Shown one piece after another: positions 61,621-64,000 of a stretch of DNA of 64,000 nt. The notes beneath the pieces are model-generated. The model made no database searches. It was not told the origin of the DNA and saw nothing but the letters and a program-made list of their open reading frames with translations. Position numbers and translations under genes: made by a program. This stretch comes from Squalus acanthias (lineage: Eukaryota), in the NCBI GenBank assembly GCA_030390025.1, contig CM059432.1:31746001-31810000 (forward strand), read 5' to 3'. Within the stretch, counting starts at the first letter, position 1, and the number at the start of each line of letters is the position of its first letter.

Positions 61621-62904
61621 GAAAAGCTAGGATGAAGTGGCAGTTAGAATTGTATTGATCATTTTTACCATGGGTTATATTTTGGCGTACATATTATGCA
61701 TATTTTGTTTTTGTAGTTCTGATTTGCTTTCGTTCAGTGGGTAGCTCTTTCTCTCAGGGTCGGAAGGATGTGCGTTCAAGTCCCATACCAGTCGTAGCTC
61801 ATCACCCAGTGTTATACTGAGGAAGGCTGCGTTGTTGGAGATGCCTTCATTTAGATCAGACATTATATTAAGCCACGTCTGTCCCTTCCAGTTGTTCATA
61901 TGTTAACAATCTCATGGCAGTATTGGAAATAGAAAAGGCTTCTGGCCAATATTCCCCCCTCAACCACGACCACCAAAATAGAACAACCAATCATTCAACT
62001 TCTCACAGGTTTGTCACTGAAGGCAGTAGCTAGTGCAGTGTTCCTACTTGCCCTACCTCTGTGGCATTGCTCACAGTAAATGGGATGCTAAGTGCTTTTT
62101 TTTTATATAAGTACAGAAGCTTTGCACCATGTAATGTACAATTTATTATGCTAGAGTGATTGTATTTTTTTTATGGCCACAAACTCCAAGTGTTAAGTAA
62201 ACACTGGGTGAGGTCAGAGTTTAAATCTTTTTCAGAACACCTGACTTTTTCCTTTTAAGTCTGATTGGTGGTTGGGTCAATCAGTAATTGTAGACATTCT
62301 GGGTCCTATGCCAGTTAAGATATTTTAAATTGCTTGGGGACTTTGCATAATCCTAATTATTGCCTGTGTTTCTTTATACTTTTTAAGTAAAGTGGTATTT
62401 TTATATTTGTCAAGTTGTGGCTGCATGTATTACCCATCCCTAATTGCCTTGATAAAGTGATCAGCCATGGCTGTTGTTTGAACAACCAACTAGCTTGCTA
62501 GACCATTTTAAGGAAGTATTAAGAGTCAGCAACATGATGTGGACTAGCGTTACATGTAGGCCAAATGGGGTAAGAGTGACGGGCTCTTTCTCTGAAAGGC
62601 AATAGTGAGCCATTTGGATTTTTATGACTGTCCCCTTGACTCAATTCACCCACTTCTGAGTCTAGGTTGATACTTCAGTGCAGTGATAAGGGAGTGCTGC
62701 TTGATGTAGGTGCTATGTTTCAAATGAGTTGTAAAACTGAGGCTTCATCTGCCTGTTTGGGTAGTTCAGGTGAATATAAAAGATCCTATGGCACTACTCT
62801 TGAGAGAAGCTCCTGGTATCCTAGCAAGCATTCTTTCCTCCACCAACACCACCAAAAACAGATAACTGGCATTGAACTCGTGCTGTTTGTAGGACCTTGT
62901 GTGC

Positions 62905-63861
62905 TGAGGGAACTAGATGTAATATCTCCAAGTTTGCAGATGACGACAAAGCTGGGTGGGCGTGTGAGCTGTGAGGAGGATGTAGAGAAACTCCAGTATG
63001 ATTTGGACAGGTTGGGTGATTGGGCAGATGCATGGCAGATGCAGTATAATGTGGATAAATGCGAGGTTATCCACTTTGGTGGCAAATACAGGAAGGCAGA
63101 TTATTATCTGAATGGCAATAGATTGGGAAAGGGGAAGTGCAACGAGACCTGGGTGTCCTTGTGCACCAGTCGCTGAAGGTAAGCATGCAGGTGCAGCAGG
63201 CGGTTAAGAAGGCAAATGGTATGTTGGCCTTCATAGCGAGAGGATTCGAGTACAGGAGCAAGGATGTCTTGCTGCAGTTGTACAAGGCCTTGGTGAGACC
63301 ACACCTTGAGTATTGTGTGCAGTTTTGGTCACCTTATCTGAGGAAGGATGTTCTTGCCATGGAGGGAGTGCAGCGAAGATTCACAAGGCTGATACCTGGG
63401 ATGGCAGGAATGATGTATGAAGAGAGATTGGGTCGATTAGGCTTATATTCGCTAGAGGTTTAGAAGAATGAGAGGGGATCTCATTGAAACTTATAAAATT
63501 CTAGCAGGACTAGACAGACTAGATGCAGGAAGGATGTTCCCGATGGCAGGGGGAGTCCAGAACCAGGGGTCACAGTCTAAGGATAAGGGGTAAGCCATTT
63601 CGGACTGAGATGAGGAGGAATTTCTTCACCCAGAGTGGTGAACCTGTGGAATTCTCTACCACAAAAGGCAGTTGAGGCCAATTCATTAAATATATTCAGG
63701 AAGGAGTTAGATATATTTCTTAAGGCTAAAGGGATCAAGGGATATGGGGAGAAAGCAGGGACATGGTACTGAATTTGGATGATCAGCCATGATCTCATTG
63801 AATGGCGGAGCACGCTCGAGGGGCCGAATGGCCTATTCCTGCTCCTATCTTCTATGTTTCT
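62905..63861 (+). mobile_element. CR1 3' fragment, same subfamily as the 19942-27877 element
   Basis: WQMQYNVDKCEVIHFG, LVRPHLEYC; 3' UTR nearly identical to 19942-20030. Confidence 0.9.
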
Positions 63862-64000
63862 GATTACTTGTCACATGACATGACTGCACTTCCAAGGTAA
63901 TTATGAAGTACCTGGGATGTCCTGTGGATGTGATGAGGTTTTCTTTCAGTATTCCATTTGGGAGCTGGTCGATTATGATTCATAAATATAGCTGCAGTTA

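Overview
Eukaryotic, repeat-dense vertebrate DNA; the repeat families look like those of cartilaginous fishes, which is an inference. The only host gene I can support is the CpG-rich promoter and first coding exon of an OXSR1 kinase orthologue (+, CDS 15452-15521). I found no exon 2, so everything downstream appears to be intron 1. Most of the remaining sequence is transposable elements. These include many CR1 LINEs, among them a full-length decayed copy with an esterase ORF1 that hosts an inverted, 5'-truncated copy with an intact 978-aa ORF2. Also present are L2 LINEs, a third LINE family, two tRNA-derived SINE families whose tails match partner LINEs in the window, a decayed PIF/Harbinger transposon carrying a 1.6-kb solo LTR and a CR1 fragment, and short Penelope-type insertions. 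The most interesting signals are: (1) a U_UUA_AAC slippery heptamer placed in frame at the ORF1 stop/ORF2 junction of both CR1 copies, suggesting -1 ribosomal frameshifting; (2) minimal hammerhead ribozymes in TSD-flanked Penelope-type mini-elements, one of them a ~200-nt palindrome; (3) a 5S rRNA fragment fused directly to a CR1 3' end. Boundaries of old repeats are approximate.
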